Shown here: positions 15,600 through 23,027 of the stretch, in pieces
Position numbering within the stretch: the stretch's first letter is position 1
Layout of the letters: the number at the start of each line of letters is the position of its first letter
Source: Armatimonadota bacterium
GTDB lineage: Bacteria; Armatimonadota; Zipacnadia; Zipacnadales; UBA5352
DNA length: 23,027 bases
Assembly (NCBI GenBank): GCA_034722055.1
Contig: JAYENL010000257.1
Location: 1-23,027 of the forward strand
Direction of reading: 5' to 3'
Made by a program: the position numbers and the translations under genes
The notes under the pieces: generated by a model
What the model was told of the DNA's origin: nothing
What the model saw: the letters and a program-made list of their open reading frames with translations, nothing else
Databases searched by the model: none

Positions 15600-16679
15600 G
15601 TGACCGATCGCGAGCGCATCCTGCGCACCTTCGAGCGCGAGCCGGCGGACCGCATCTGCTGGCAGCCGCGCCTGGAGCACTGGTTCAACTACCGCCGCAC
15701 CACGGGGACGCTCCCGGAGCGCTACCGGGGCGCGGAGCTATTCGACGTCTACGACGACCTGGGCTGCTCAGTGCGCTACGCCGGCAGGCCGCTGGTGTTC
15801 GAATACAACCGCTCCTCGGTGTCCAGCGAGGCGATAGAGGGCGGCCGAGTCACCCGCTACGAGACCCCGATAGGGACGCTGACGGAGCTGCTTCACTACG
15901 GGGAGGAGGGCACGTCGGCCCACCGCAGCAAGTTCCCGGTGGAGACCCTCGATGACATGGAGGTCATGGAGTACTTCCTGTCCGACGAGCGGGTGCGCTT
16001 TGACCTGGAGCAGTTCCAGGCCATCGAGGAGAGGCTGAGCCATCGCGGCGTCTGCCAGTTCTACTTCCCCCGCACGCCGCTGATGCGGCTGATCATCAAC
16101 TTCGTGGGCTTCGAGCCCACTATCTTCCTGCTCCAGGACGAGCCCGAGCGTGCCGAGCGGTTCATGAGCCACATAGAGCGCTGCGACGATCAGCTCTTCG
16201 ACGTGCTCTGTGCCAGTCCGGTGCGCATCATCAACTTCGGTGACAACATCGACGGATGGCTGACGCCGCCGCCGCTGTTCGAGCGCTATCTCATGCCCGT
16301 CTACGAGCGCCGCTGCGAGCAGCTTCATGCCGCCGGCAAGTTCACGCACATCCACATGGACGGGGCCCTCAAGCCACTGCTCCCGTATCTGTCACGTCTG
16401 CCACAGCACGGCATCGAGGCGCCGACGCCCCTCCCGCAGGGCGACGTGACGCCACAGGAGCTGCGGGACGCCATGGGCGAGAAGATCCTGCTGGACGGCA
16501 TCCCCTGCGTGAACTTCCTGCCCGAGCACACCGTGGCGGAGCTGGAGGAGATGACCCTCACGCTGCTGGACCTGTTCGCTCCCAACGTCATCCTGGGCAT
16601 CTCCGACGAGATCTCGCCGCCGGGGGAGATCGAGCGGGTGCGGCTGGTGACCGAGATGGTGCAGGATTACGCGCTGTGA
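15600..16679 (+). CDS. Uroporphyrinogen decarboxylase (URO-D) family protein
   Basis: MTDRERIL, YETPIGTL, KFPVETLDD, FGDNID, PPLFERY, HIHMDG, IEAPTPLPQGD, LDGIP, ILGISDE. Start placed at GTG 15600 (ORF track starts at 15567). Confidence 0.82.
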   Translation: MTDRERILRTFEREPADRICWQPRLEHWFNYRRTTGTLPERYRGAELFDVYDDLGCSVRYAGRPLVFEYNRSSVSSEAIEGGRVTRYETPIGTLTELLHYGEEGTSAHRSKFPVETLDDMEVMEYFLSDERVRFDLEQFQAIEERLSHRGVCQFYFPRTPLMRLIINFVGFEPTIFLLQDEPERAERFMSHIERCDDQLFDVLCASPVRIINFGDNIDGWLTPPPLFERYLMPVYERRCEQLHAAGKFTHIHMDGALKPLLPYLSRLPQHGIEAPTPLPQGDVTPQELRDAMGEKILLDGIPCVNFLPEHTVAELEEMTLTLLDLFAPNVILGISDEISPPGEIERVRLVTEMVQDYAL

Positions 16680-16706
16680 CCCGCGGCGAGCCATTCGGTC
16701 CGCGCC

Positions 16707-17918
16707 TCAGCCTATTCCGGGCAGGTCGAGCTGCCCGGGGTCCTCCGGCGCGGCTTTGCCGTAGTGGCCGCCGCCGCCCGCGCGCAGCGGCAGAGTCCCC
16801 TCCCGTGCCTGCACGATCAGCGCGGCGATCTTCTGCCCCACCGTCTGTCCCAGCTCCACGCGGGTGGCCTCATGCAGCACTGCCATCTCGGAGCCGAAGC
16901 GGTTGATGAGCCGGTTGAGCGTCACAGTCCCCACGCCGGGCACGAACTCCAGCGGCACCTGGTACTGATAGGGCGGCCGATGCTCAGGCGATTGCGAGCT
17001 CTCGTAGTCGGCGATCTGCACGATGCGGTCGAGCACGCCGCGGGTTACGTCCTGGGAGCCACAGGCCCCGCAGACCAGCACCGGCGGCTCACCCTCCGCG
17101 ATGCGCTCACAGTCCTCGCAGAAGGTGCGGTGGTACTTGCCCAGCCGGGGGTCAAGGCCGAAGTTGGCGACCACCTTCCGCCCGCCCTCGCGCAGCAACG
17201 CCATGCGCAGCTCCTCGAAGGTGGGCTCAGCCATCTCGATGATGTTGTACTCCCGGCCGATCTTGGGCAGGGAGTGCGCGTCGGAGTTCGACAGGAAGCT
17301 CCGGTCCGCCAGCTCGCCGATGCGGTCGGCCAGGAAGCTGTCGGCGGACAGACCCAGCTCGATGGCGGGGATATGCTCCCAGGCCTCGCCGAACATCTCG
17401 CTGAGCCGCTCCGCGCAGGCACCGTAGGGGCTACGGTGTGGCGTGAAGCAGTGCGCAGGCACGAAGATGGCGTCGAACTGCTTCGCGATGGCGAGAAGCT
17501 CGGCGGCGGGCATGCGGCAGGCCTGGGAGCTGAGCTCGAGGTTCGTGACGTGCTGCGCCATCTCATCTGAGAAGCCCTGCAATGCATCCACCGAGGGGAA
17601 GTAGCTGACGTGATGCGACTGTCCCCCGCCCTCCTCGTAGGTCTCGAACTCCGCAGCGAGCAGGACCGTCACCTGGTCGAGGTAGCGGAGGCCCCCGCCG
17701 GGCTGCTGGATCATCTCGCCCGCATCCACCAGCGCATGGATGTCCTCCAGCACAGGCGGCGAGGCGCAGTCCACCACCCCGACCACGTCCACGCCCTTGC
17801 GGCGGGCGCACTCGATGGCGATATTCTCGAAGGTGAGGTCCCGCGCGGCGGTGACCTTCACCGGCCGGCCGCTGGTGGATCGGCCTATGTGAACGTGCAG
17901 ATCGCACACGTAAAGCAT
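16707..17918 (-). CDS. Endonuclease Q family protein (PHP domain, zinc ribbon, helical domain; YqxK-like)
   Basis: DLHVH, PAHCFTP, IELGLSAD, FLSNSDAHS..KIGREYN, PRLGKYHRTFCEDC...CGACG, GVLDRI, RPPYQYQVPL, FGSEMAVLH, GGGGHYG. Confidence 0.9.
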   Translation of the reverse strand: MLYVCDLHVHIGRSTSGRPVKVTAARDLTFENIAIECARRKGVDVVGVVDCASPPVLEDIHALVDAGEMIQQPGGGLRYLDQVTVLLAAEFETYEEGGGQSHHVSYFPSVDALQGFSDEMAQHVTNLELSSQACRMPAAELLAIAKQFDAIFVPAHCFTPHRSPYGACAERLSEMFGEAWEHIPAIELGLSADSFLADRIGELADRSFLSNSDAHSLPKIGREYNIIEMAEPTFEELRMALLREGGRKVVANFGLDPRLGKYHRTFCEDCERIAEGEPPVLVCGACGSQDVTRGVLDRIVQIADYESSQSPEHRPPYQYQVPLEFVPGVGTVTLNRLINRFGSEMAVLHEATRVELGQTVGQKIAALIVQAREGTLPLRAGGGGHYGKAAPEDPGQLDLPGIG

Positions 17919-18005
17919 CGTCTCATCGGTTCGGTGTCGTCAGAGATCGCGGAGCGAACGTTGACGGCGCGCTCGCACGGTCCCGGCCTTCTGCTGCCCG
18001 GGGCC

Positions 18006-18809
18006 TCACTCCAACTCACGCGGCCGGACCGGGCAGTCGGGGCAACGCTCCAGGCACAGCTCGTAGGTGACCTCCACCATGTCCTCCCCGCTCATCATCC
18101 ACACGTGGGCGTCGCCGATGCGCCGGTCACGGATGAGTCCCCGCTGGCGCAACTCCCCTTCGATGGGCTGCCACTCCACGCGGCAGTCGCCCTCCCCACG
18201 CCAGAGCACCGAGCGGCCCTCCACTATCCGGCCGTCGGGGAGGCGCACCTTCCGGGGCCACTGGCGGTAGCCCATGCACCGCGCGCCGGCACGAGTCTCG
18301 GCGACGTGGGCCGCCGTGCAGGTGTTCATGGCCACCCCGAGCATGAGGATCTTTCCGCCGGAGGAGGTCAGCTTGCCCAGCGGACTCCGCTCGTCGAAGG
18401 TCTTCAGCTCCAGGTGTTCGGCTGTCAGCCATTCGGCCTTGGGGCCGATGGCCGCGCAGGGGTGAGTGGGATGGATCGAGCGCTCTGCGCCCGGGCGCTG
18501 CCACACCTCATTGGTGATGACGCCGTTGACCGACCGGGTGGTGCGGGGATCGAAGACCGGATCGTCGGGGTCGTCGAAGGCCCTTGGCTGAGCGTGATTG
18601 AAGGTGGGGACCATCAGCGTGCCCTCGGGCCCCAGAGCCGCCAGCAGGGCATCAACGACCGTGGCTGCGCCGCCCTCCACATAGCCGAAGCTGGACAGGG
18701 AGCTGTGGACATGAACCATGTCGCCGGACTCCAGACCCAGCGCCCGAAGCCCGGCGGCGATCTCCTCCCCACCGACACGAGATCTGCCCGCAGGATCGTA
18801 GTCAGCCAC
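18006..18809 (-). CDS. AAC(3)/YokD family N-acetyltransferase
   Basis: VHSSLSSFGYVEGGA, GTLMVPTF, RSIHPTH, SPLGKL, ILMLGV..NTCTAAHVAE. Confidence 0.9.
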   Translation of the reverse strand: MADYDPAGRSRVGGEEIAAGLRALGLESGDMVHVHSSLSSFGYVEGGAATVVDALLAALGPEGTLMVPTFNHAQPRAFDDPDDPVFDPRTTRSVNGVITNEVWQRPGAERSIHPTHPCAAIGPKAEWLTAEHLELKTFDERSPLGKLTSSGGKILMLGVAMNTCTAAHVAETRAGARCMGYRQWPRKVRLPDGRIVEGRSVLWRGEGDCRVEWQPIEGELRQRGLIRDRRIGDAHVWMMSGEDMVEVTYELCLERCPDCPVRPRELE

Positions 18810-18868
18810 GGAACCGGATCACCTCAGAAGTCGGCCGTGTAGATGCCTCGCGACCGACCGCTCCCGGG

Positions 18869-20002
18869 CTACAGGTCTGACAGACCTGGGGCTCCCGGAT
18901 ATCGGGCGCGGATAAGTATGGCCTCCAGCATTCCGCGGTTGTCCTGCGGATTGTCAACACACTCTGCGATGCGCGCGTGGTCGAGGCTGTTGATGCGGTC
19001 GTTGGCGGCCTTGAGGGCGTCCATGCAGTTGATCAGCGCCCGGTCCACCGGGATCCGCTCGGGGTTGATGTCGATGCCGAAGTGCTGATCGTAGCCGGAC
19101 ATCTTCAGCGCGTAGAGGGCTGCCTCGAGCTGCTCGGGATAGACGACCCCCACGTCCAGGTCCTGATCGTAGTTGCCCATCGGCTGGGAGTTCCAGTGGG
19201 TGTGCCCCAGCCGCCCGTACTCGCAGACCAGGCTGAAGGCATAGGCCAGGTCCTCATAGGCCATGAGCATGTGCCCCACCTCGGGGTTGAGCCCCATCAG
19301 CCGAGTTCCCTCGCCGAGCATGGCCCGGTTCTCATCACTCCCGAGCCGGCTCTCCACCTTCTCGCACAGCAGAAGTGCCTCAGCCGTGGTGCCGTACATG
19401 ATGTTCGGGCGCGGCTCGTAGGGCTTGGGCTCGATGCAGATGCGCACACCCGGAACGGCGTCCATGGCCTCCGCAAGGCCGTCGGCGAAGCGGTCACGCG
19501 CCGCAATGTGGTTCTGGCCGAAGGTGTTGTCCCAGCCGTCGATTCCCGGCCAGACGATGGAGAAGTCCGTCTCCAGCTCCAGGTTAAGCTCCAGGGTCGT
19601 GATGGTGCGGTCGATGGCCGCGCGGCGTGCCTTCTCGATCGGCGATGACAGGGAGCCGAACTCGAACTGGGCCTCGTAGAAGAGATTCGGCACCAGGGTC
19701 ACCAGGCGCAGGCCGGTGTCATCTCGGACTCTCTTGAACAGATCGATGTTGTCCTCGTTGACCTCGTTGGGGTAGTGTGCCTCAACACCCACCAGGCCGT
19801 AGTCCATCAGGCCCACGGCCATCTCCAGACGCTCCTCCATGCTCCTGTCGGGCCCGTACTGCTCATGGAACCGACCGCCGCCGGGCGCGAAGAACCATAC
19901 GCCGGCCGTGAACCTGAGATCCAGCTCGAAGCTCTCAAGGTGCCTCACCAGCTCGTGGCCGCTGCGCCGAACCGCCTGTCCGGACAAGTCCTGTATCGGC
20001 AT
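18869..20002 (-). CDS. Xylose isomerase-like sugar isomerase (TIM barrel), substrate uncertain
   Basis: EAHYP, VWPGIDG, IEPKPYEP, LNPEVGH, YDQDL, GIDINP match xylose/rhamnose isomerase metal motifs. Start placed at ATG 20002 (20008 also possible); the ORF-track extension to 20185 looks non-coding. Confidence 0.82.
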   Translation of the reverse strand: MPIQDLSGQAVRRSGHELVRHLESFELDLRFTAGVWFFAPGGGRFHEQYGPDRSMEERLEMAVGLMDYGLVGVEAHYPNEVNEDNIDLFKRVRDDTGLRLVTLVPNLFYEAQFEFGSLSSPIEKARRAAIDRTITTLELNLELETDFSIVWPGIDGWDNTFGQNHIAARDRFADGLAEAMDAVPGVRICIEPKPYEPRPNIMYGTTAEALLLCEKVESRLGSDENRAMLGEGTRLMGLNPEVGHMLMAYEDLAYAFSLVCEYGRLGHTHWNSQPMGNYDQDLDVGVVYPEQLEAALYALKMSGYDQHFGIDINPERIPVDRALINCMDALKAANDRINSLDHARIAECVDNPQDNRGMLEAILIRARYPGAPGLSDL

Positions 20003-20189
20003 TCCCATCACCTGTCTCGTGGTGGCATTCATCTTCGAGGGGCCGCGCGGACGGAGCCGCCGGCGCCGTGGGCCGCAGCTTCGTCGCCCTGTGCCTGACC
20101 TCCTTCCGAGCCGCCGATAATAGCAGGACAATCCTGGATCGGTCGCGAACACTACGTCCGCGCCCAGATACCGCAGGGGAGGCACAGCG

Positions 20190-20888
20190 TTGGCACGCCG
20201 CGAGGAGAGCTACCGCTTCGAGGAGCATACCCGCGTCCGGAAGGCCATCGGGGAGCGCACGCTCACCAGCGTCAATGAGATCCCCCAGTTCCATCTCCGC
20301 ACACTCGTGGACATGGAGCCGCTGGTGGCATTCAGGCAGGGCCTGAAGGCGTCAGCCGATCCGGTGCCCACCTATAACGATCTGAGCATCAAGGCCGCCG
20401 CGCTGACGCTGCGCGAATTCCCGCGCTTCAACGGATGGTGCGAAGAGGGCGGCCTGAAGCTTCTCGACGCCATCAACATCGGATTCGCTGTCAGCACGGA
20501 GCAGGGCGTGCTTCTGCCGACGGTCAGGGATGCGGATACCAAGACCCTCGCACAAATCGCAGAGGAGACCAGCGAGCTGATAGAGCTGGCGCGCGCCGGG
20601 CGGCTGCGAGCGTCGCTGCAGATGGGGGCCGGCTTCACCATCTCCAACCTGGGCCCGCTGGGGATCGACTCCTTCGCGCCCATCATCAGCCCGCCCCAGG
20701 TGGCCATCCTGGGCATTGGCTCGATCAAGCCTCAGCCGATGGCCGTGGACGGCGAGGTGGTGGTGCGGAGAGCGGCGCAGATGACGCTGGTCATGGACCA
20801 CCGGGCGGCTGACGGTGCTGAGGGCGGGGCCTTCCTGGCCGCGCTGGCGGAGGCCTTCACCAGCCCCGAACGTCTGGCGGAGGACTGA
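20190..20888 (+). CDS. 2-oxoacid dehydrogenase E2 acyltransferase, catalytic domain only
   Basis: RKAIGER, IPQFHL, INIGFAV, FTISNLG, FAPIISPPQVAILG, DHRAADG; TTG start behind GGGGAGG; 232 aa. Confidence 0.88.
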   Translation: MARREESYRFEEHTRVRKAIGERTLTSVNEIPQFHLRTLVDMEPLVAFRQGLKASADPVPTYNDLSIKAAALTLREFPRFNGWCEEGGLKLLDAINIGFAVSTEQGVLLPTVRDADTKTLAQIAEETSELIELARAGRLRASLQMGAGFTISNLGPLGIDSFAPIISPPQVAILGIGSIKPQPMAVDGEVVVRRAAQMTLVMDHRAADGAEGGAFLAALAEAFTSPERLAED

Positions 20889-20892
20889 GCTG

Positions 20893-21858
20893 ATGGGGCC
20901 GGACGCTCCGAGCCTGCACCTGGTGGTCATCGGCTCCGCGATGGTTGAGATCGTCCCTTCCCAGATGGGGCGGCGGCTCTCGGAGGTGGAGTACATGACG
21001 CCGCTGCCCTCCGGCTCCGCTGCGAACTTCGCGGGCGCGCTGGGCTCGCTTGGTGTGCGGGTGGGCTTCATCTCGCGCGTCGGCGACGACGAGCTGGGTC
21101 GATGGCTGATCAGGGAGCTGGGCGAGCGGGGCATCGACACGGACTTCATCCAGCCGGTGGCCGGCCAGCTCACGCCGGTCTCCTTTGCGTGGATGGACCA
21201 GGAGGGCGAGAAGACCTTCTACTTCTACCGCTTTCCCGGCTTCAGCGATCCCATGGCAACGCTGACGCGGCAGTCCATCCTCCGGGAACAGGTCACGGCC
21301 GGGAGGGTGTTCGACTTCACGGAGGCGACGATACGTAACGAGCCGCTCCGGTCAGCCGCGCTGCACGCCGCGGAGCTGGCCCGCGCCGCCGGGCGCGAGG
21401 TGTGCTACGCGGTCAACTACCGTCCGGCCTCGTGGCGAGATCAGACGGAGGAGCAGATCATCGAGGTTCAGCGCCGGGCCTGCGCGGCCGCCGACATCGT
21501 GGTGATGAACAGGGAGGAGGCCCGCCTCGTCTCTGGCCTGGAGGATGCCAGGAGGGCCCTCGAGGCAATCGCCGAAGTCGGCCCGCATCTGGCCGTTGTC
21601 ACCATGGGCCACCTGGGGGCGCTGGTGTGTGCCGACGGCGAGGTCGTCCGGGTGCCGGCTCGCGAAGTCGAGGTCGTCTACGACATCGGTGCGGGCGACA
21701 GCTTCCATGCCGGCCTGTTGGCGGGGCACCTGGCCGGCATGCCTCCGGCGGATGCGGCTCGCTTCGCCTCCGACGCGGCGGCCTTGCGGATCAGCCGGGA
21801 CGCATCCGCACCCAATCCGACCTTCGAGGAGGTGTCAGAGCTGTCAGGCGGGCCCTGA
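20893..21858 (+). CDS. PfkB/ribokinase family carbohydrate kinase
   Basis: SGSAANFA, RVGDDELG, NYRPASW, NREEA, VTMGHLGA, IGAGDSF anion hole. ATG 20893 lies 4 nt after the E2 stop. Confidence 0.92.
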   Translation: MGPDAPSLHLVVIGSAMVEIVPSQMGRRLSEVEYMTPLPSGSAANFAGALGSLGVRVGFISRVGDDELGRWLIRELGERGIDTDFIQPVAGQLTPVSFAWMDQEGEKTFYFYRFPGFSDPMATLTRQSILREQVTAGRVFDFTEATIRNEPLRSAALHAAELARAAGREVCYAVNYRPASWRDQTEEQIIEVQRRACAAADIVVMNREEARLVSGLEDARRALEAIAEVGPHLAVVTMGHLGALVCADGEVVRVPAREVEVVYDIGAGDSFHAGLLAGHLAGMPPADAARFASDAAALRISRDASAPNPTFEEVSELSGGP

Positions 21859-22152
21859 GGGGGCCACTGTCACACCGCCATGTTTCACAGCCGGGTTTGG
21901 GCGGACCTCCTATGTGGTAGACTCGAGGCGCGGCAGCGGCCCGAAAAGCTGTCTCCTACGTTCAACATCCCATCATCTGCGCCACGTACCAGCCAGCCTC
22001 TCAGTTCATCGTCCATGCGCTCAGCATTGATGGGTCCTGCTGGTCACAGTGTCACGGTGTTGGCCGGGAATGTCGATTAGACGAATTTGCGGACTGCGCC
22101 GGCATCAGAATCGGGCTATTTGCTGGACTTTTCACGGAAGTTGCATGGGCAG

Positions 22153-22181
22153 TTGCGCCTGCGGCCATTCTACAGTATAAT
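22153..22181 (+). promoter_or_regulatory. Sigma70-type promoter for the response regulator
   Basis: TTGCGC (22153-22158), 17-nt spacer, TATAAT (22176-22181). Confidence 0.72.
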
Positions 22182-22264
22182 TACCTTCACAAATGACCCG
22201 GCTATCGGCGTACCGTCCGGGGCATGATTCCCTATTACTAGCCTCGCCCGCGAGGTGTGCGGAG

Positions 22265-22975
22265 GTGTCGTTTCTGGAGCCACGGAGGATCGTCATCATC
22301 GAGGATGACCCACAGTGCAGCAAGCTCGTCGCGACCAAGCTCGAGGCCGAAGGCTTCGAGGTTGAGGTGGCGGAGACCGGCGAGGAAGGCCTCGACATGA
22401 TCGAGAGCGACATGCCGGATCTGCTGCTGCTGGACCTGATTCTGCCGGGCATCGACGGTCTGGAGGTCTGTCGGCGCATCCGCCGCAAGTACGACCTCCC
22501 GATCATCATGCTCACGGCGAAGGACGATGAGATCGACGCCGTGATCGGACTGGAAGTGGGGGCTGACGACTACATCACTAAGCCGTTCGGCACTCGCGAG
22601 CTCGTCGCTCGGGTCCGGGCCATGCTCCGGCGCGTCAAGATCAACCGCGAGCACACCGAGCCACTGGAGCACCTGTCCTTCCCGGACCTGGAGATCGACA
22701 TCCCCAAGCGGCAGGTCAGGGTGCAGGGAGAGTCGGTGCACCTGACGCCCAAGGAGTTCGGCTTGCTGGTGTACCTGGCCTCGAAGCCGAATGTGGTCTT
22801 CGAGCGCGAGGAGATCATCAGGGACATCTGGGGGCGCACCGACGGTACCGGCGACCTCCGCACCGTTGACACGCACATCAAGCGGCTTCGCCGCAAGATC
22901 GAGGAGGGTCGGGCGGTGCCCTGGAGCATTGCGACGGTGTGGGGTGTCGGCTACAAGTTCCAGATCAACGAGTGA
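22265..22975 (+). CDS. OmpR/PhoB family response regulator (REC plus winged helix)
   Basis: IIEDD, LLDLILPGIDG, MLTAK, GADDYITKPF, LTPKEF.LL, RTVDTHIKRLRRKI, TVWGVGYKF. Start placed at GTG 22265 (ORF track starts at 22193). Confidence 0.95.
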   Translation: MSFLEPRRIVIIEDDPQCSKLVATKLEAEGFEVEVAETGEEGLDMIESDMPDLLLLDLILPGIDGLEVCRRIRRKYDLPIIMLTAKDDEIDAVIGLEVGADDYITKPFGTRELVARVRAMLRRVKINREHTEPLEHLSFPDLEIDIPKRQVRVQGESVHLTPKEFGLLVYLASKPNVVFEREEIIRDIWGRTDGTGDLRTVDTHIKRLRRKIEEGRAVPWSIATVWGVGYKFQINE

Positions 22976-22998
22976 GCCCCTCCGACAGAGGCGTGGCG

Positions 22999-23026
22999 GC
23001 CGGCCCGCGGCTTCCCGCGGGCCGGC
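22999..23026 (+). terminator. Perfect 12-bp GC hairpin downstream of the regulator
   Basis: GCCGGCCCGCGG-CTTC-CCGCGGGCCGGC; the window ends before any U-tract could be seen. Confidence 0.45.
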
Positions 23027-23027
23027 G

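Noticed and set aside
18006..18809. Radical SAM enzyme or acquired resistance cassette
   Set aside because: Cx3Cx2C is at the extreme C-terminus of an AAC(3) fold with no radical SAM barrel, and there is no integron or IS context.
21880..22080. 66-aa plus-strand ORF and a ~43-aa minus-strand ORF in the intergenic region
   Set aside because: There is no convincing RBS, the codon usage is atypical and there is no motif.
22972..23027. Histidine kinase gene starting at a GTGA overlap with the regulator stop
   Set aside because: The frame is open to the window edge but covers only 18 codons and runs through a perfect GC hairpin, so it cannot be supported from this window.

Overview
GC-rich bacterial chromosomal window, nearly all protein-coding. 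A run of 15 co-oriented minus-strand genes (378-13900) mixes carbohydrate-type enzymes (two Gfo/Idh/MocA dehydrogenases, two DegT-family PLP aminotransferases, a secreted GH51-like glycosidase, a URO-D-family protein) with Nif3, an isolated trpF, a GGDEF protein, a single-domain receiver and two toxin-antitoxin-like pairs (MNT-HEPN and DUF4258-YgiT). The right half holds a FUN14 membrane protein, a third Gfo/Idh/MocA, a second URO-D-family protein, endonuclease Q, an AAC(3)-family acetyltransferase, a xylose-isomerase-fold enzyme, a stand-alone 2-oxoacid dehydrogenase E2 catalytic domain, a PfkB kinase and an OmpR-family regulator. I saw no rRNA, tRNA, CRISPR array, transposase or integrase. 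The best leads are a membrane-anchored protein with an Rx4H HEPN-like motif coupled to Nif3, a lipoyl-less E2 core paired with a sugar kinase and isomerase, a hairpin-dense REP/REPIN-like intergenic region with heptamer repeats, a clamp-binding-like tail on EndoQ, and a possible amino-sugar oxidation/transamination gene set. All calls come from motif recognition by eye; no searches were run.
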